Below, piece after piece: positions 5,322 to 6,744 of a stretch of DNA of 6,744 nt. Under the pieces are notes generated by a model. That model was not told the DNA's origin. It ran no database searches and was given only the letters and a program-made list of their open reading frames with translations. Source of the stretch: a virus. The stretch is from IMG/VR virus record IMGVR_UViG_3300045988_000004, positions 1-6,744 of that record, one strand, 5' to 3'. The position numbers were made by a program, and so were the translations under genes. Within the stretch, counting starts at the first letter, position 1, and every line of letters begins with the position of its first letter.

Positions 5322-6744
5322 TTATTTAGTATAAGGCAAACCGTACATACTGAATGGACGGACTGCTACGCAAGTGTTAACACTACCAATGAGCAACTTA
5401 TCATCATTAACGGTACCACTCCATTGATTAACAAATATAGGATAAAGCAAAGAAGGACGACACTTAAACAAGTCATCAATACTACCATAATTAGCAAGAG
5501 ATGTGCTGCCAAGATTGCGACGCCAACGAGCAAGAAAAGACTGGTCATAACCAGTAACCCAACTAGAGTATGAACCGCAGAAACCGCCCTCAAAATAATC
5601 ACGAGCACTCTTTAGTTCAGCGTAACGAGGTGCATAACCGTATGTTACAGACATATCCAAAGAATAAGGCTTGGCAGATGGTAATGGAACAACCTTAGAA
5701 CAAGTACCAATTAACGGCGCACTTAACTCGCAACGGAACTGAGTTTGCATACCTATACTGTCGAATTCAGGTATAGGAAAATCGGTCGCGTCAGTCTTAA
5801 ACAAATTACGGTCAATACCAACATGTGCATAATCAAGCTGAGGAACAGCACGATAAATGCCAATAATAATACCATAGGTAGACGCAGTAAACTTGCAGCC
5901 AGCAGACAAATCACCAACACCGATAGCCTTAATATCTGGTTGACCACCATCCAAAAAGTTAGTATTAACTTGCGGATTAATACTTAGTGTTTTATCGTCG
6001 CCACCAATAAAAATAGAGGTTCGTGAATCAACTTGAGGCTTAATGCCAAAGTGTGCCAAGACTTGATTGGCAAAATCGGGGTCATTACTATTTTGTATCT
6101 CCTTATATTTCTGCAAAGCAGTAGCAGAACGCAAAGCAGAGATTTTCAAAGACGAACCAGCGGCCGAAAGTTTACCCTTAAAGCCAAGAAGAACGTCACC
6201 AGAAGTGGAACGAATCCAAGTTGCGTAACCATCATCACCGGGAGTTGGGTCTGCGTCAGCTTTAACCAAAGTATCATTAGGTATATGAGACGATGCACCA
6301 AAAAGGACACCCTTAGAAGGATCAGCAGAATCTTTAACAATATAAGTAGCGTCAGTATTATCCAAGCCGATAGGCACAGCAGCTTCATCGCCATATTGAG
6401 CGCGTGGTAACACAGATGTAAAATAATCGATTGGAAGATTAGAGTTCTCCAAATCAATAATTGAAGTCAACAGGTGAGTAAACGAACTAACACTTATGAA
6501 CGATTTAGCGTTCATGTTATCAGTTGGAGTCAAGTAATCAATATTACATGTCCAAGGTTCGAAAGGCTGCCATTTCTCGTTACGATAATGGTCGTTACAT
6601 ATCTTATGATAGGCCAATAGAGGAAATATCGAAAGATTAGGACTATTTACAATATCTGACTCTTCTGCGTTAAATTTAATGAAATAATCAGACAAAGAGA
6701 AACGAGCAATATCCCAATCATTACCATCTTGAACATAACGTTCG
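5322..6744 (-). CDS. VP1: Major capsid protein VP1, C-terminal part. The 5' end is cut by the window edge. The joined gene is 2,052 nt = 683 aa.
   Basis: This is the 457-aa ORF in the track. Its apparent M at 6695 is a TTG codon (Leu in ...RFSLSDYFIKF...), and the frame stays open to the window end. Stop TAA is at 5324-5322. The size and the C-terminal block (...WSGTVNDDKLLIGSVNTCVAVRPFSMYGLPYTK) fit a large Microviridae capsid protein. Confidence 0.9.
   Translation of the reverse strand, partial: ERYVQDGNDWDIARFSLSDYFIKFNAEESDIVNSPNLSIFPLLAYHKICNDHYRNEKWQPFEPWTCNIDYLTPTDNMNAKSFISVSSFTHLLTSIIDLENSNLPIDYFTSVLPRAQYGDEAAVPIGLDNTDATYIVKDSADPSKGVLFGASSHIPNDTLVKADADPTPGDDGYATWIRSTSGDVLLGFKGKLSAAGSSLKISALRSATALQKYKEIQNSNDPDFANQVLAHFGIKPQVDSRTSIFIGGDDKTLSINPQVNTNFLDGGQPDIKAIGVGDLSAGCKFTASTYGIIIGIYRAVPQLDYAHVGIDRNLFKTDATDFPIPEFDSIGMQTQFRCELSAPLIGTCSKVVPLPSAKPYSLDMSVTYGYAPRYAELKSARDYFEGGFCGSYSSWVTGYDQSFLARWRRNLGSTSLANYGSIDDLFKCRPSLLYPIFVNQWSGTVNDDKLLIGSVNTCVAVRPFSMYGLPYTK
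6650..6744. repeat. Terminal direct repeat, copy 2 (identical to 1..95). It marks circular closure; unit genome = 6,649 nt.
   Basis: Exact 95/95 identity with the window start. Position 6650 is equivalent to position 1. Confidence 0.95.

Noticed and set aside
4415-6410. Plus-strand ORFs 4415..4666, 4644..4862, 5116..5334, 5745..5987 and 6033..6410
   Set aside because: All are antisense to well-supported genes (VP2, the scaffold-like ORF, VP1). Their sequences are low-complexity or odd (for example PPAAAPAAAPVPAEP, the antisense of the VP2 Gly/Ala tract). Microviridae encode all genes on one strand.
2500-6695. ORF-track start codons at 6695, 5310 and 2500
   Set aside because: All three are TTG codons that the ORF caller translated as Met. 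6695 is an internal Leu of VP1, and 5310 and 2500 lie 2 codons upstream of proper ATGs (5304, 2494).

Overview
The window is one complete, circularly permuted genome of a small ssDNA phage of the family Microviridae, plus an assembly overlap. Bases 1-95 are identical to 6650-6744, giving a unit length of 6,649 nt. All credible genes lie on the minus strand, so the window is the complement of the coding (virion-sense) strand.

In gene direction the order is:
- candidate Bacteroidota-type promoter (2921-2890)
- 71-aa lipoprotein-like ORF (2885-2670)
- two small hypothetical ORFs (2683-2504, 2494-2285)
- HUH rolling-circle replication initiator VP4 (2282-729)
- major capsid protein VP1, which starts at 724, runs off the left edge, re-enters at the right edge and stops at 5322. 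It is 683 aa when joined, and its N-terminal 241 codons are absent from the supplied ORF track.
- 149-aa acidic coiled-coil protein, scaffold-like (5304-4855)
- VP2 pilot/minor capsid protein (4846-3389)
- perfect 11-bp hairpin terminator (3382-3356)

The single 503-nt non-coding region (2886-3388) sits between terminator and promoter. It contains iteron-like AATTAGGAA/TAGGAA repeats, several hairpins and palindromes, and a 9-mer identical to the core of the phiX174 origin nick region.

Large VP1 and VP4, no Shine-Dalgarno sequence before any gene, and the TTTG/TAnnTTTG promoter all suggest an Alpavirinae-like phage of a Bacteroidota host. That is inference, not a database result.

The points most worth follow-up are the phage-encoded small lipoprotein, the unusually large structured non-coding region with a candidate origin, the lack of any recognisable lysis gene, and a 195-codon +1-frame ORF inside Rep. 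The last has a compositional explanation that has to be excluded first.
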